Of a DNA stretch of 64,000 bases, positions 27,991 to 37,426 are shown piece after piece. The stretch comes from an uncultured Pseudomonadales bacterium. GTDB taxonomy: Bacteria > Patescibacteriota > Microgenomatia > UBA1400 > Chazhemtobacteraceae. Position 1 is the stretch's first letter. Every line of letters begins with the position of its first letter. The position numbers and the translations under genes are program-made. The stretch is taken from positions 67,992-131,991 of the forward strand of contig CAZUBK010000002.1 in NCBI GenBank assembly GCA_964618725.1. The letters run 5' to 3'. The notes under the pieces were generated by a model, which worked only from the letters and a program-made list of their open reading frames with translations, searched no databases and was not told the DNA's origin.

Positions 27991-28653
27991 ATGTCAATAA
28001 TTTTTGAATGTCTTACTTTTATACTCATTACTGTGATAGCTTGCGTGTTCTTATCGTACATAACAGAGGGGCGGGTTTGGCATTGGATACATACAAGACC
28101 ATTTACAACTGAAGACTTTACCGATGATCAGAAGAGTCTTTACTGCACACATTGCGGTGCGAGGTTGAGGATCGGTCGAAGATGGAAGACGATTCGTTTT
28201 GATGACGCTACTGGGAAACCAATTGCATACAAAAATAAAATCTCTTGCAGTTGTATCTATCGTGACGATGAGTATATTTATCGATCGGCAACGGAGATGT
28301 CAGAAACCGTGACACCAAAGGTTCCGCAAGCAGCTCTGCTTGGCGCAGGGACAGATGACTTCGCTAGAGCGCTGCAGCGAATTAAAGATAGGATCGCTAG
28401 TGATTATCCCAGGTCAGAAATGTATCTGGTCGAAAAAGACTCAAGTGTCGCCTATCAGCTGCGGTCTGCGGACTCTACCGTCCTGCTGGAGATGCAACCG
28501 AAAGCGATTCGGAGAAGAAGAAAAGATCGTTTAGAGTGTCAAACACAAGCGCCTTTGGTGAAAATCGCTACTGAGGAACTAGAAGGCCTTAGAGAGATCT
28601 TGAATCACAAGAGTAAGGCCGGCATTGTTGCAGTTGACGTGTCGGTGAAATAG
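27991..28653 (+). CDS. membrane-anchored zinc-ribbon protein, paralog B, with a roughly 120 aa C-terminal extension
   Basis: Aligns with paralog A. Residues LSYITEGRVWHW...TR..TTEDF...LYCTHCG..LRI...W......TGKPIAYK...C correspond to A's LYYLTYGNYHF...TR..TSDDH...FCPGCG..YRV...W......TGKLIAEK...C. Confidence 0.55.
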   Translation: MSIIFECLTFILITVIACVFLSYITEGRVWHWIHTRPFTTEDFTDDQKSLYCTHCGARLRIGRRWKTIRFDDATGKPIAYKNKISCSCIYRDDEYIYRSATEMSETVTPKVPQAALLGAGTDDFARALQRIKDRIASDYPRSEMYLVEKDSSVAYQLRSADSTVLLEMQPKAIRRRRKDRLECQTQAPLVKIATEELEGLREILNHKSKAGIVAVDVSVK

Positions 28654-28663
28654 TTTTGATTGA

Positions 28664-28690
28664 CCCCCGCTTTTGCGGGGGTTTGTTTTT
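28664..28690 (+). terminator. intrinsic terminator (ccccc-gcttttgc-ggggg plus T-tract)
   Basis: Directly after the 27991..28653 stop codon. Confidence 0.7.
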
Positions 28691-28764
28691 GATAAAAAAG
28701 ATAACTAGTCAGTGAACAAAGATGAAAGCCGAGTGAGAACCCGGCTTTTGTGTGTAGATGGAAC

Positions 28765-29061
28765 TCAATTAATTTTGATAACTCTTTTTCCTTCATCCTC
28801 TCCAAGCTTTCCTTCAGCACCTATTTTCTCCCAACTTTGAACAATGACACTTCCCTCAGTTACATCTTCTAGCAGACATCCACCAAGAAAAAATTCTCGG
28901 CTGTCGTTTTCGATATTGCTAGCTGGAGTGAAAGAATATGGGTCTTTGCCAAACCAAGCTTTAATAAAATGTTCTAATGTGGATTGTTTATCTTCACTTC
29001 CGAAGATAATGTCCCATGATCCTTCAGAATCTTTGACTCTGTAATAGATATCGTAGATCAA
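28765..29061 (-). CDS. hypothetical protein
   Basis: ORFan with no recognised motifs. Confidence 0.45.
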   Translation of the reverse strand: MIYDIYYRVKDSEGSWDIIFGSEDKQSTLEHFIKAWFGKDPYSFTPASNIENDSREFFLGGCLLEDVTEGSVIVQSWEKIGAEGKLGEDEGKRVIKIN

Positions 29062-29149
29062 CTTTCCTCCTAAAAGAACAAAGTTTAGAGACCATTATAT
29101 CAATAACGTCCTTTATTATCAATCTATCAGACCGTTGTTGTGTTTCATG

Positions 29150-29185
29150 AAATAGGGCCGACGATTGTCGGCCCTATTGCTTTTT
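29150..29185. terminator. strong hairpin (11-bp stem atagggccgac/gtcggccctat) abutting the stop of the 29186..29491 gene
   Basis: Perfect stem with a T-tract on the plus strand. Probably a bidirectional terminator. Confidence 0.5.
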
Positions 29186-29491
29186 CTAAACCTTCTTTTC
29201 CAAACTCATGACGAGCTTGTATTGTTCAGGAGTTAATGGATCTTCTCCTGCAGCCCCGAAGCTCCTTTTCTCGAAAACACCGAAGCGTTGGATGACCCGT
29301 CTACCGCCCCAAATCATGGCGACGACAATACTGGTATGCTCGGTGCCGCGACGTGGGTCTTTCCGGGTCTCGACGGCAATGATTTCAATGTTCCTTGGAA
29401 CTGGGTCGAAGATGCCTCTGTATTTCAAAAGGTGTGATTCGATCCGGGCCAAAACTCCAGCGTCCTCTAGGTCCTTGAAAGTTTCTGACAT
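29186..29491 (-). CDS. hypothetical protein
   Basis: ORFan. Confidence 0.45.
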   Translation of the reverse strand: MSETFKDLEDAGVLARIESHLLKYRGIFDPVPRNIEIIAVETRKDPRRGTEHTSIVVAMIWGGRRVIQRFGVFEKRSFGAAGEDPLTPEQYKLVMSLEKKV

Positions 29492-29572
29492 TAAATGCCT
29501 TCTTTCTAGATTGTAGGAATAAGGCTAATTCTATCACTATAGGGCTCGAAAGTCAAGGTTAGGGGAAATAGA

Positions 29573-30082
29573 TTAACGCTTTGGAGATTGACGCTTGGCA
29601 CGGGCTTTTGATCCGGCTGAGCCTGGTTTTCTGGTTTCTTTCATACGAGGATCACGGGTCAAGAAACCACGTTTTTTGAGAATGGGCTTGAAACGCTCTG
29701 GATTGACTTCGACGAGGGCTTTACTGACGGCATGGAGAAAGGCGCCAAGTTGACTCATGTGACCACCGCCGATGACTTTAACGGTAGCGGTGTATTTGGC
29801 ATGAGTGTTGGTAGTACGGAAAGGCTCCATATAGAGGGATTCGAGGGCCAGGCCAGGCCAGTACTCAGTAACGGGTTTGTTGTTGACGATAATGGGATCT
29901 TTGCCTTCAATGAGGTGGACGCGGGCAACAGAGCTCTTACGACGACCATAGGCGTAAATGTAGTCTCCCTTACGAGGCTTCGCCTGACTGGTAGTTTTTT
30001 CAGTGGTGCTTGATTTCTTAGCCTTTTGAATTGTTTCAGTGGGGCGGGATTCCTCTTTGATGATTTTTTTGGTTGCGCTCAT
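29573..30082 (-). CDS. rpsI: 30S ribosomal protein S9 with a Lys-rich N-terminal extension
   Basis: The C-terminal GGGHMSQLGAFLHAVSKAL...RKPGSAGSKARAKRQSPKR is characteristic of S9. Confidence 0.9.
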   Translation of the reverse strand: MSATKKIIKEESRPTETIQKAKKSSTTEKTTSQAKPRKGDYIYAYGRRKSSVARVHLIEGKDPIIVNNKPVTEYWPGLALESLYMEPFRTTNTHAKYTATVKVIGGGHMSQLGAFLHAVSKALVEVNPERFKPILKKRGFLTRDPRMKETRKPGSAGSKARAKRQSPKR

Positions 30083-30086
30083 TTTT

Positions 30087-30515
30087 TTATACTTTATTGA
30101 CTGTTTTTAATTGATTCTCATAAGGGTGAGTGGTGTTGGAGAAGACTTTCAGTCTGGCGAGACGAGGAGATTGAAGCCTGTTTTTAGGAAGCATACCTTT
30201 AACAGCATGAGTAATGACTTTGGTGGGATCCTTGGTGAGTTGCTCAGAGAGAGAAGTGATGGTGAGACCGCTGGGGAAACCTGAGAAACGGGTGTAGGTC
30301 TTCTTGAGTAACTTTTTCCCGGTAACGGCAATGTCTTTGGCATTAATAGCAACAACGTAGTCACCATCATCCATGTTGGGAGTATAGGTAGCTTTGTGTT
30401 TACCCATTAAGAGCTTGGCGATAGCCACGGCACTGCGACCCAGGTTCTGATCTTTAAGATCAATCAGATGCCAGTGGCGTTTGATATCGTTTAGTTTTGT
30501 GATTGGCGTTTTCAT
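30087..30515 (-). CDS. rplM: 50S ribosomal protein L13
   Basis: HWHLIDLKDQNLGRSAVAIAKLLMGKHK. Confidence 0.9.
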   Translation of the reverse strand: MKTPITKLNDIKRHWHLIDLKDQNLGRSAVAIAKLLMGKHKATYTPNMDDGDYVVAINAKDIAVTGKKLLKKTYTRFSGFPSGLTITSLSEQLTKDPTKVITHAVKGMLPKNRLQSPRLARLKVFSNTTHPYENQLKTVNKV

Positions 30516-30558
30516 AACAGTAGTTCTTGACTAGTTAGTAGTTTGTTTGTGTAAGCAA

Positions 30559-30975
30559 TTATTTAGTGCTTTTGGGGGCAGACTCTTTTTTGAGAGGTTT
30601 GATTTCTTCTTTAGCTTTTTTGTCGACAATCTCAAGCTTGACCAGTGGAGCGTTGTCTCCTTTACGCAGTCCCAACTTGGTAACGCGGGTAAAACCGCTG
30701 TTTCTTTGACCAGTTCGGGGGGCTAATTCATCAACTAACTTGTTGACGGATTTGATATCGCCGAGGAAGGCGTGAAGAAGGCGACGAACATGAAGAGTGC
30801 CAAGTTTGCCGCGAGAGATTAAACGATCAAAGACGCCCTGAATGGCTTTGGCCTTAGGAGCGGTGGTCTTGATCTCTTCCTTGAGAATCAAGGAATTAAG
30901 AAGACTCTTGAAGAGGGCTTTTCTTTGATTGGTATTGCGGTTTAGTTTGCGACCGCGGATTTGATGCGAAGACAT
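30559..30975 (-). CDS. rplQ: 50S ribosomal protein L17
   Basis: RKLNRNTNQRKALFKSLLNSLI. Confidence 0.9.
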   Translation of the reverse strand: MSSHQIRGRKLNRNTNQRKALFKSLLNSLILKEEIKTTAPKAKAIQGVFDRLISRGKLGTLHVRRLLHAFLGDIKSVNKLVDELAPRTGQRNSGFTRVTKLGLRKGDNAPLVKLEIVDKKAKEEIKPLKKESAPKSTK

Positions 30976-30977
30976 AT

Positions 30978-31883
30978 TTACTTTAGTTCAATTTTTTTAG
31001 CGGCGAGAGCGGCCAAAACGTCTTCGACTGACTTGGCGCCCATGTTTTTAATCTTTAAGAGATCAGCGTGGGTAGCTTTGTTAAAATCTGAGAGTTTCTT
31101 GAAACCACCTTTTTTAAGGGAGTTGGTGATACGGGTGGGAAGACCGAGCTCTTCGACGGTTTGATCCATAAGAGGATTGATTAGGGCGGGTTCTTCAATC
31201 GCGGCCTCAAAGGTAGGTTGATAGACGTGGGTGAAAAAGTTGCTTAAGAGAAGAGCCGCCTCTTTAACAGCCTCTTGCGGGGTCATTGAGCCATCGGTCT
31301 CAACTGAAAGAACGAGACGATCGAGGTCGGTGCGACGACCAACACGAGTGGCTTCAACTGAGTAGTTGGCCTTAATAACGGGAGTGAAGGCTGAGTCGAG
31401 AGGTACGACACCGACTTCAGGCGTGCCATGTTCATCTGAGGTGACGTAGCCAACACCTTTATCAACTTGGATTGTTGCTTTCAACTTACTCTTGTCGGTA
31501 GTGAGGGTACCAAGATGATGATCCGGATTGAGGACTTCAACACCTCCTGGACACTCAAGATCCTTGGCGGTTAATTCTTTTTTGCCCTTTTGGTCAATTT
31601 TGACGGTGACGGGGCCGTCCACTTGAAGATTGAAACGGACGCCTTTGAGATTGATGAGAAAGTCGACGATGTTTTCTTGAAGACCATCAAGGGTGGTGAA
31701 TTGGTGATTAACACCTTCGATACTGGCCTCTGTGGCGGCACTACCGGGTAGAGAAGTGAGAAGGACGCGGCGAAGAGCATTGCCTAGGGTGTGGCCGAAA
31801 CCTTTCTCGAGGGGTTCCATATGGATGACAGCACTATTGTTCTCGGAAGAAACAAGATTGAGTTTGAAGTTGGGTTTGATCAT
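30978..31883 (-). CDS. rpoA: DNA-directed RNA polymerase alpha subunit
   Basis: Alpha N-terminal domain followed by a C-terminal domain. Occupies the operon position between rpsD and rplQ. Confidence 0.9.
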   Translation of the reverse strand: MIKPNFKLNLVSSENNSAVIHMEPLEKGFGHTLGNALRRVLLTSLPGSAATEASIEGVNHQFTTLDGLQENIVDFLINLKGVRFNLQVDGPVTVKIDQKGKKELTAKDLECPGGVEVLNPDHHLGTLTTDKSKLKATIQVDKGVGYVTSDEHGTPEVGVVPLDSAFTPVIKANYSVEATRVGRRTDLDRLVLSVETDGSMTPQEAVKEAALLLSNFFTHVYQPTFEAAIEEPALINPLMDQTVEELGLPTRITNSLKKGGFKKLSDFNKATHADLLKIKNMGAKSVEDVLAALAAKKIELK

Positions 31884-31924
31884 GGTGACTTTGGTTTAAG
31901 ACTAAAAGAGATATCAGTTAGTCT

Positions 31925-32527
31925 TTAGCGTGAATAATATTCAATAATTAATTGTTCATTGATACCGGATTCGATTTCGTCTCTTTTGGGAAGACGGGCG
32001 ACCTGGACGACAGCGGCTTTACGCTTAAGCCAACCAGGAATTTCTTTTTTGGCTTCCAGACTTTGTTTAATTAGAGCATTTTGTAGGGCTTTAGACGAGA
32101 GGGTGATGACTTGCTCTGGTGAAACTTTGTAAGAAGGCACGTTGACTCTTTTGTTATCGACCAAAACATTGCCGTGAGCAACGAGCTGGCGAGCGGCCGG
32201 TCGAGTGGTGACGAAACCAGAAGTATAGACGATATTGTCTAGTCTGGTTTCTAAAAGCTGAAGAAGACGGATGCCTGTGTTGGCGGGAGATTTGGTGGCT
32301 TCTTCATAGTAGCGACGGAACTGTTTCTCCAAGACACCATAAAGGCGCTTGGTTTTTTGTTTCTCGCGGAGCTGTTTACCGAAGTCGGAGCTTGTACGGG
32401 AGAATTTTTTGCCGTGCTGACCAGGGGCTTGGAAGCCTTTTTTCTCCACAGGACATTTGGGAGAGTTACAGAGTTTCATGCCCTCGCGGCGACAAAGTCG
32501 GTGTTTGGGTCCAGTGTAGCGTGCCAT
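31925..32527 (-). CDS. rpsD: 30S ribosomal protein S4
   Basis: MARYTGPKHRLCRREG. Confidence 0.9.
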   Translation of the reverse strand: MARYTGPKHRLCRREGMKLCNSPKCPVEKKGFQAPGQHGKKFSRTSSDFGKQLREKQKTKRLYGVLEKQFRRYYEEATKSPANTGIRLLQLLETRLDNIVYTSGFVTTRPAARQLVAHGNVLVDNKRVNVPSYKVSPEQVITLSSKALQNALIKQSLEAKKEIPGWLKRKAAVVQVARLPKRDEIESGINEQLIIEYYSR

Positions 32528-32558
32528 ATTTTGTTTTAGTTATTTCTTAATTAATATC

Positions 32559-33008
32559 TTAGACGCGACGGGGCTTCTTGGGGCGACAGCCGTTGTGAGG
32601 AATGGGAGTGATGTCAGTAATCTGGATGATGTCAAGACCACTATTGCGAAGAACGCGAAGCGCGGCATCACGACCAGGACCTGGTCCTTTAATATACACC
32701 TGGATTTGGTGCATACCTTTTTCTTTGACCTTGCGAAGAGCTTCTTCAATGGTAGTAGTAGCGGCAAACGGAGTAGACTTGCGGGTACCCTTGAAACCGA
32801 CACTACCAGTAGAGGCCCAGGAAATAACTTGACCTTTAAGATCGGTAAAGGTAACCAGAGTACTGTTAAAAGTAGCCTTGATGTACATGCGTCCAGAGGG
32901 GACGATCTTGGGAGCGGATTTTTTGGTTGTCTTAGTAGTGATTGCTTTTTTGGTAGCTCCCGCTTTGCGGGATTTCACATTATTTTTATCTTCTTTTGAG
33001 TTCAACAT
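32559..33008 (-). CDS. rpsK: 30S ribosomal protein S11 (with N-terminal extension)
   Basis: GRMYIKATFNSTLVTFTDLKGQVISWAS...GCRPKKPRRV. Confidence 0.9.
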   Translation of the reverse strand: MLNSKEDKNNVKSRKAGATKKAITTKTTKKSAPKIVPSGRMYIKATFNSTLVTFTDLKGQVISWASTGSVGFKGTRKSTPFAATTTIEEALRKVKEKGMHQIQVYIKGPGPGRDAALRVLRNSGLDIIQITDITPIPHNGCRPKKPRRV

Positions 33009-33009
33009 A

Positions 33010-33408
33010 TTATTTAGCGGGGGTTTCTAATTTTTGACGCATTTCCTTGGTCATAGCACCGACGGTCTTGCGTTTACCTTTTCGGGTACGCGCATTGGTC
33101 CTGGTGTGTTGACCGCGAACGGGAAGACCCATATGATGACGAAGACCGCGATAACTACCAACGCGTTTAAGACGTTGGATATTCTCACGGACAATTTTGC
33201 GAAGATCTCCCTCAACAGGAGTTTTCTCTATAATGGAAGCGAGAGTTTGAATCTGAGCACCGGTAAGAGTACTGGCTTTAACCTCTGGACTAATACCGGC
33301 AGTGGCAAGGATCTTCTTGGCGGTGGTACGTCCGATACCATGGATATAGGTGAGGGCAATAGCGATATGTTTGTTGTTTGGTAGATCGATACCGGATAAG
33401 CGAGCCAT
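33010..33408 (-). CDS. rpsM: 30S ribosomal protein S13
   Basis: [26 protein letters not shown]. Confidence 0.9.
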   Translation of the reverse strand: MARLSGIDLPNNKHIAIALTYIHGIGRTTAKKILATAGISPEVKASTLTGAQIQTLASIIEKTPVEGDLRKIVRENIQRLKRVGSYRGLRHHMGLPVRGQHTRTNARTRKGKRKTVGAMTKEMRQKLETPAK

Positions 33409-33440
33409 GATTTAGTTAGCGTTGTTAGTTTCTAATATTA

Positions 33441-33554
33441 TTATCCTTGGCGTTGTTTGTGCCTAGGGTTGCTACAGACGACGTAAAGCTGTCCGCGTCG
33501 GCGGATTGTTTTGCAGTTTTTGCAGCGTGGTTTAATTGATGCTTTAACTTTCAT
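33441..33554 (-). CDS. rpmJ: 50S ribosomal protein L36 (37 aa; too short for the ORF track)
   Basis: Reverse-strand translation gives [37 protein letters not shown]. Confidence 0.85.
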   Translation of the reverse strand: MKVKASIKPRCKNCKTIRRRGQLYVVCSNPRHKQRQG

Positions 33555-33608
33555 ATTATTTAATCCACTATAAGCGTGGAGGTATCGGCATAGAAGAGAC
33601 AAAGCTGA

Positions 33609-33827
33609 TTAGCCACGATAGACGATGCGACCTTTGGTTTCATCGTAGGGAGTAACCTCGACTTTGACGTTATCTCCCGGCATGACTTTAATCTTGTAAA
33701 GACGCATTTTACCAGAGAGGTGGCAAATGAGCTCTTTACCGTCTTTTAGTTGAACTTTGAATTGGGCATTGGGCAAGGCCTGCGAAATAAATCCCTCAAC
33801 CTGAGTAACAGCTTTGTTAGGTGCCAT
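33609..33827 (-). CDS. infA: translation initiation factor IF-1
   Basis: S1-like fold; QVEGFISQALPNAQFKVQL...GKMRLYKIKVMPGDNVKVEVTPYD. Own TGaTATAAT promoter about 12 nt upstream. Confidence 0.9.
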   Translation of the reverse strand: MAPNKAVTQVEGFISQALPNAQFKVQLKDGKELICHLSGKMRLYKIKVMPGDNVKVEVTPYDETKGRIVYRG

Positions 33828-33869
33828 ATTTATGCGTAAATTATATCAGACTATTTAATGTTTGGCTAC

Positions 33870-33907
33870 ACAGACAAGATTCTCCCCTGCTGTTAGGCAG
33901 GGGAGAA
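33870..33907 (-). terminator. intrinsic terminator (ttctcccctgc-tgtta-gcaggggagaa)
   Basis: 11-bp stem downstream of the inserted 33914..34231 gene. Separates that gene from infA. Confidence 0.6.
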
Positions 33908-33913
33908 CTATAT

Positions 33914-34231
33914 TCACTTCTTGTCCAAGGACTCGACATCAAGGCCTGTGATGAAATCAGTAAAGGCCGCTGCATTGAGAGACTGGAACTTGAGGCCGAA
34001 TTGATTGAGAGCTAATTCTAGTTCGCCGATATGTTGACGCCCATCTGCTTGGATGACGGGATCGGCGCTGGTTAGCTCGGCGTCGATCTCGCCAATTAGC
34101 GGTGCCAGAGCCCGAAGAATCGCCCTGAAACAAGCGCTTCGAACCCGGTCTATCGCAATTTGCTCAGACATGTCATAGGTAATGCCAGTCCGTATCCCGC
34201 GGTCGTCTTCGCTAATGGTAGTCTTGATCAT
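33914..34231 (-). CDS. hypothetical protein (105 aa) inserted between map and infA
   Basis: Internal ATG at 34231 preceded by GGAGGA. The ORF track's longer form (to 34408) would overlap map by 94 nt. Confidence 0.5.
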   Translation of the reverse strand: MIKTTISEDDRGIRTGITYDMSEQIAIDRVRSACFRAILRALAPLIGEIDAELTSADPVIQADGRQHIGELELALNQFGLKFQSLNAAAFTDFITGLDVESLDKK

Positions 34232-34314
34232 TAATCCTCCACAAGAAAGTTTTGAATGTATGGAGGATAATATATCAGGCCCAAGGCTAATAGTCAACCT
34301 ATATTTCTTTAAAA

Positions 34315-35073
34315 CTATTTCGTCAAAATGATTGGGCCTTTTTGCGAGATATAGATAGTATGCTCGACCTGGCCAGCGAGGGTGCCGTCGGCGGTGCGGA
34401 TGGTCCATCCGTCTTTGGCAATCTTGATTCGGCCGTTGCCAGTGGTATACATTGGCTCAATGGCTATGGTTTGGCCAACTTGGAGGACTGGGTCCTTTCC
34501 ATCTTCAACGAAGTTGGGGATATAGGGTTCTTCATGTAACTTTTGGCCGACACCGTGTCCGGTAAGCTCGCGGATAACAGTGAAGTTATTGCCTTCAATG
34601 AGGGACTGAATGGCGCGGGAGATATCAGAGACTTTATGACCGGCCTTGGCGGCACGGACACCAGCATTAAGAGCAAGGCGGCCTACCTCAAGGAAATGGC
34701 GTTGAAAGGGAGTAGAGGTACCAACGACAAGGCTAGCGGTGGTATCTGTGTAGTAGTCCTGATAGTAGAGGCCGATGTCGATACTAAGTAGATCGCCATC
34801 AAGGAGCGTTTGGTCACTGGGGATACCGTGAACGACAACGTCGTTGACATTTAGACAAGTGGCCCAATCATAACCGGGAACCTTTTTGAAGGCAGCTTCA
34901 CCGCCGGACTTGCTAATCAGCTGATTAGCCAGATCCTCGATGGCTTGTAACTTGATGCCAGGTCTCGCGAAAGCGACGAGTTGATCGCGGATGGCAGCCA
35001 ATTTATGACCCCCTTCTCTCATGGAGAGTAACTTTTCTTGATTCATGGATCCAATTTTACTAGAGAAAAGCAA
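34315..35073 (-). CDS. map: type I methionine aminopeptidase
   Basis: Pita-bread fold motifs; metal ligands D..D..H..E..E in conserved context. Operon position after adk. Confidence 0.9.
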   Translation of the reverse strand: MLFSSKIGSMNQEKLLSMREGGHKLAAIRDQLVAFARPGIKLQAIEDLANQLISKSGGEAAFKKVPGYDWATCLNVNDVVVHGIPSDQTLLDGDLLSIDIGLYYQDYYTDTTASLVVGTSTPFQRHFLEVGRLALNAGVRAAKAGHKVSDISRAIQSLIEGNNFTVIRELTGHGVGQKLHEEPYIPNFVEDGKDPVLQVGQTIAIEPMYTTGNGRIKIAKDGWTIRTADGTLAGQVEHTIYISQKGPIILTK

Positions 35074-35087
35074 AAGTGGGTAGCTGG

Positions 35088-35627
35088 TCAGGCCAAGTGT
35101 CTGAGGATATCTTGAAAGATAGTCTCAATATCGGGGCGGCCGTCAATACGACGAAGAAGATTGCGCTTGAAATAGTAGTCAATAACGGGGATGGTTGTCT
35201 GATTGTATATCTTGAGTCTTTCTCGGATGGTATCTTCGTTGTCATCTGGCCTATTCTCAGTCTTAGCACGTTTGAGGAGACGAGTGACAGCTTCATCGTC
35301 GGGGAGATCCAGTAAGATGGCGTGATTGATTGCTATTCCTTGTTCTTTGAAGAACTGGTCTAGTTGTATAGCCTGAGTGAGATTTCTGGGAGTACCATCG
35401 AGAACGAAGCCAGAGGCATTTTTTAGCGAAGGCAAGATGACTTTAAGGACGATTCCGAAGGGAACGAGTTCTCCAGAATCAAGAATCTGTTGAAGTGCTG
35501 GATCAGTTTTAGCAGCCTGGCGGAGGAGCTGGCCTGAGGAGATATGAGTAAGACCAAAGTGATCAGCAAGAAGCTTAGCTTGGGTGCCTTTACCAGAACC
35601 AGGAGCACCGAGAATGATGAGATTCAT
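35088..35627 (-). CDS. adk: adenylate kinase (short-LID type)
   Basis: MNLIILGAPGSGKGTQA. Confidence 0.9.
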   Translation of the reverse strand: MNLIILGAPGSGKGTQAKLLADHFGLTHISSGQLLRQAAKTDPALQQILDSGELVPFGIVLKVILPSLKNASGFVLDGTPRNLTQAIQLDQFFKEQGIAINHAILLDLPDDEAVTRLLKRAKTENRPDDNEDTIRERLKIYNQTTIPVIDYYFKRNLLRRIDGRPDIETIFQDILRHLA

Positions 35628-35688
35628 AGATTGAGAGTAACACGGAGGAAGAACGAAGAGAAGGCACCCCGGGGAGGGGTGCCTTAAT

Positions 35689-35982
35689 TCAATTGAGATT
35701 GTAGATCGCTTCGATTGACGAAGTATTCATATCCTCGTCACCGAAAACCTGGAAAATGGCGTGATAGCCCTTCACCAGGCAACCGGGAAATTCCAGGACC
35801 CATTGGTTGTTGGGGGCAAGGTACCCCGAGCCAATGAGACGAACCAACAGATCATTTCCATAATCCGGGATGGGGTCGCCAGAGCGAACCAGAGCATAGA
35901 CGTCCTTACAGTCCGTGCTACGGAAGGCGTATTTTGCACCGCTGGCGGTGATGAAGACGATATTTGCAAGCTTGGCGAACAT
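35689..35982 (-). CDS. hypothetical small protein (97 aa) between secY and adk
   Basis: ATG at 35982 with AGGAGGG 5 nt upstream. The ORF track's 166-aa form runs into the secY 3' end in another frame. Confidence 0.4.
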   Translation of the reverse strand: MFAKLANIVFITASGAKYAFRSTDCKDVYALVRSGDPIPDYGNDLLVRLIGSGYLAPNNQWVLEFPGCLVKGYHAIFQVFGDEDMNTSSIEAIYNLN

Positions 35983-36046
35983 AGTCCCTCCTAAGGGATA
36001 AAAAGATTTTGATATACTATAAGCTTTTCTGGGGGATTTGTCAAGC

Positions 36047-37327
36047 CTAGGAGAGGAAGCGGTCGTAGTTACGCATGACGAGCTGGGCTTCGATGTCCTT
36101 GGCGGACTCAAGGATGACAGAGACGACGATGAGCAGTCCCGTGCCGCCCAGACCGGCGGAAGTGACACCAGTAATGGCCTGGGTAACATTAGGAAGAATA
36201 GCGATTAGCCCCAGGAAAAGGGCCCCAGCGAGGGTAATCCTATTGAGAATATTAGAGAGATACCTAGCCGTGGCTTCTCCGGGTCTGACACCGGGAATGA
36301 AGCCACCATTTTTCTTGATCTGATCAGCAATCTTTTCCGGGTTACTGATGACGGCAGTATAGAAGAAAGTAAAGAAGACGACGAGAATGAAATAAAGGAG
36401 GGCATAGAAGGGGCTTTGTTGTTGGAAGTTAACACTCAAGAAACGACCAATGTTTGAGAGAGTGGGGTTTGATGAGCCGCTAAAGACACCACTTAGGAGA
36501 GTAGGAATGAGCATTAAAGAAACTGCAAAAATGATGGGGATGACGCCGGCTTGGTTAAGGCGGAGAGGTAGGTGGGTTAGTTGGCTACCTTGGGTAGAAA
36601 CAGAACGGGTACGCCGGGCATACTGGACGGTAATATTTCTAGTGGCCTCGGTAATCTTAACGACAAAGTAAATGACAGCCAAAGCCATAACGGCAAACAC
36701 GATTAAATTGGTGAGATTTTGGGATGAGGTAGTGGTGGTAGTCTGGAAAAGAGTGACAGGGAGACGACCGGCAATACCGGCAAAGATGATAATACTGACA
36801 CCGTTACTAAGGCCATACTGAGAAATTAGCTCACCGAGCCACATCAGAAGCATGGTACCGGCAGTGAGAGTGGTAATAATGGCAAAGAGTTGGAGGGGGT
36901 TGTTGACGGTAATATTCTGGGAGCGCATGAGAGCAAGAAGGCCAAAGGACTGGACAACGGAAAGTGGGAGGGTGAGGAAGCGCGTGTATTGATTGATTTT
37001 TTCCCGACCATATTCACCTTCTTTACTTAATTCTTCGAGTTGAGGAAAGACCATGGTGAGCATTTGGATGATGATGGAGGCATTGATGTAGGGGTTGACA
37101 CCCAAGGCCATGATGGAAAAATTGGCGAGGGTTCCTCCAGAGAAAATGTCGAGAAGGGTGAGTAAGGCAGAGCCGGCAAAGAGTTGCTTGAGGGTGGCCG
37201 TGTCGATACCGGGGAGGGGAATGTGAGCGAGAGCGCGGAAGAAAGCTAAGATGGCTAGAGTAATGAGAATTTTGTTTCGAAGCGGCTTAATGCGCCAGAT
37301 ATTTTTAAGGGTGGTAGTGATAGACAT
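36047..37327 (-). CDS. secY: protein translocase subunit SecY
   Basis: Ten TM segments. [24 protein letters not shown]-terminal region. Confidence 0.9.
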   Translation of the reverse strand: MSITTTLKNIWRIKPLRNKILITLAILAFFRALAHIPLPGIDTATLKQLFAGSALLTLLDIFSGGTLANFSIMALGVNPYINASIIIQMLTMVFPQLEELSKEGEYGREKINQYTRFLTLPLSVVQSFGLLALMRSQNITVNNPLQLFAIITTLTAGTMLLMWLGELISQYGLSNGVSIIIFAGIAGRLPVTLFQTTTTTSSQNLTNLIVFAVMALAVIYFVVKITEATRNITVQYARRTRSVSTQGSQLTHLPLRLNQAGVIPIIFAVSLMLIPTLLSGVFSGSSNPTLSNIGRFLSVNFQQQSPFYALLYFILVVFFTFFYTAVISNPEKIADQIKKNGGFIPGVRPGEATARYLSNILNRITLAGALFLGLIAILPNVTQAITGVTSAGLGGTGLLIVVSVILESAKDIEAQLVMRNYDRFLS

Positions 37328-37426
37328 GGGCTGATTATATCAGCCTGAGAAGGGGGGTAGAGTTGACAAAATTGAGCATTTTCGGTATTATGGGCTTGTA
37401 CAGACAAGGAATAACTGGAGGCAAAG

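Noticed and set aside
35983-36189. 5' extension of the 35689..36189 ORF (166-aa form)
   Set aside because: The extension overlaps the secY 3' end and is low-complexity. An internal ATG at 35982 with a Shine-Dalgarno sequence gives a clean 97-aa gene.
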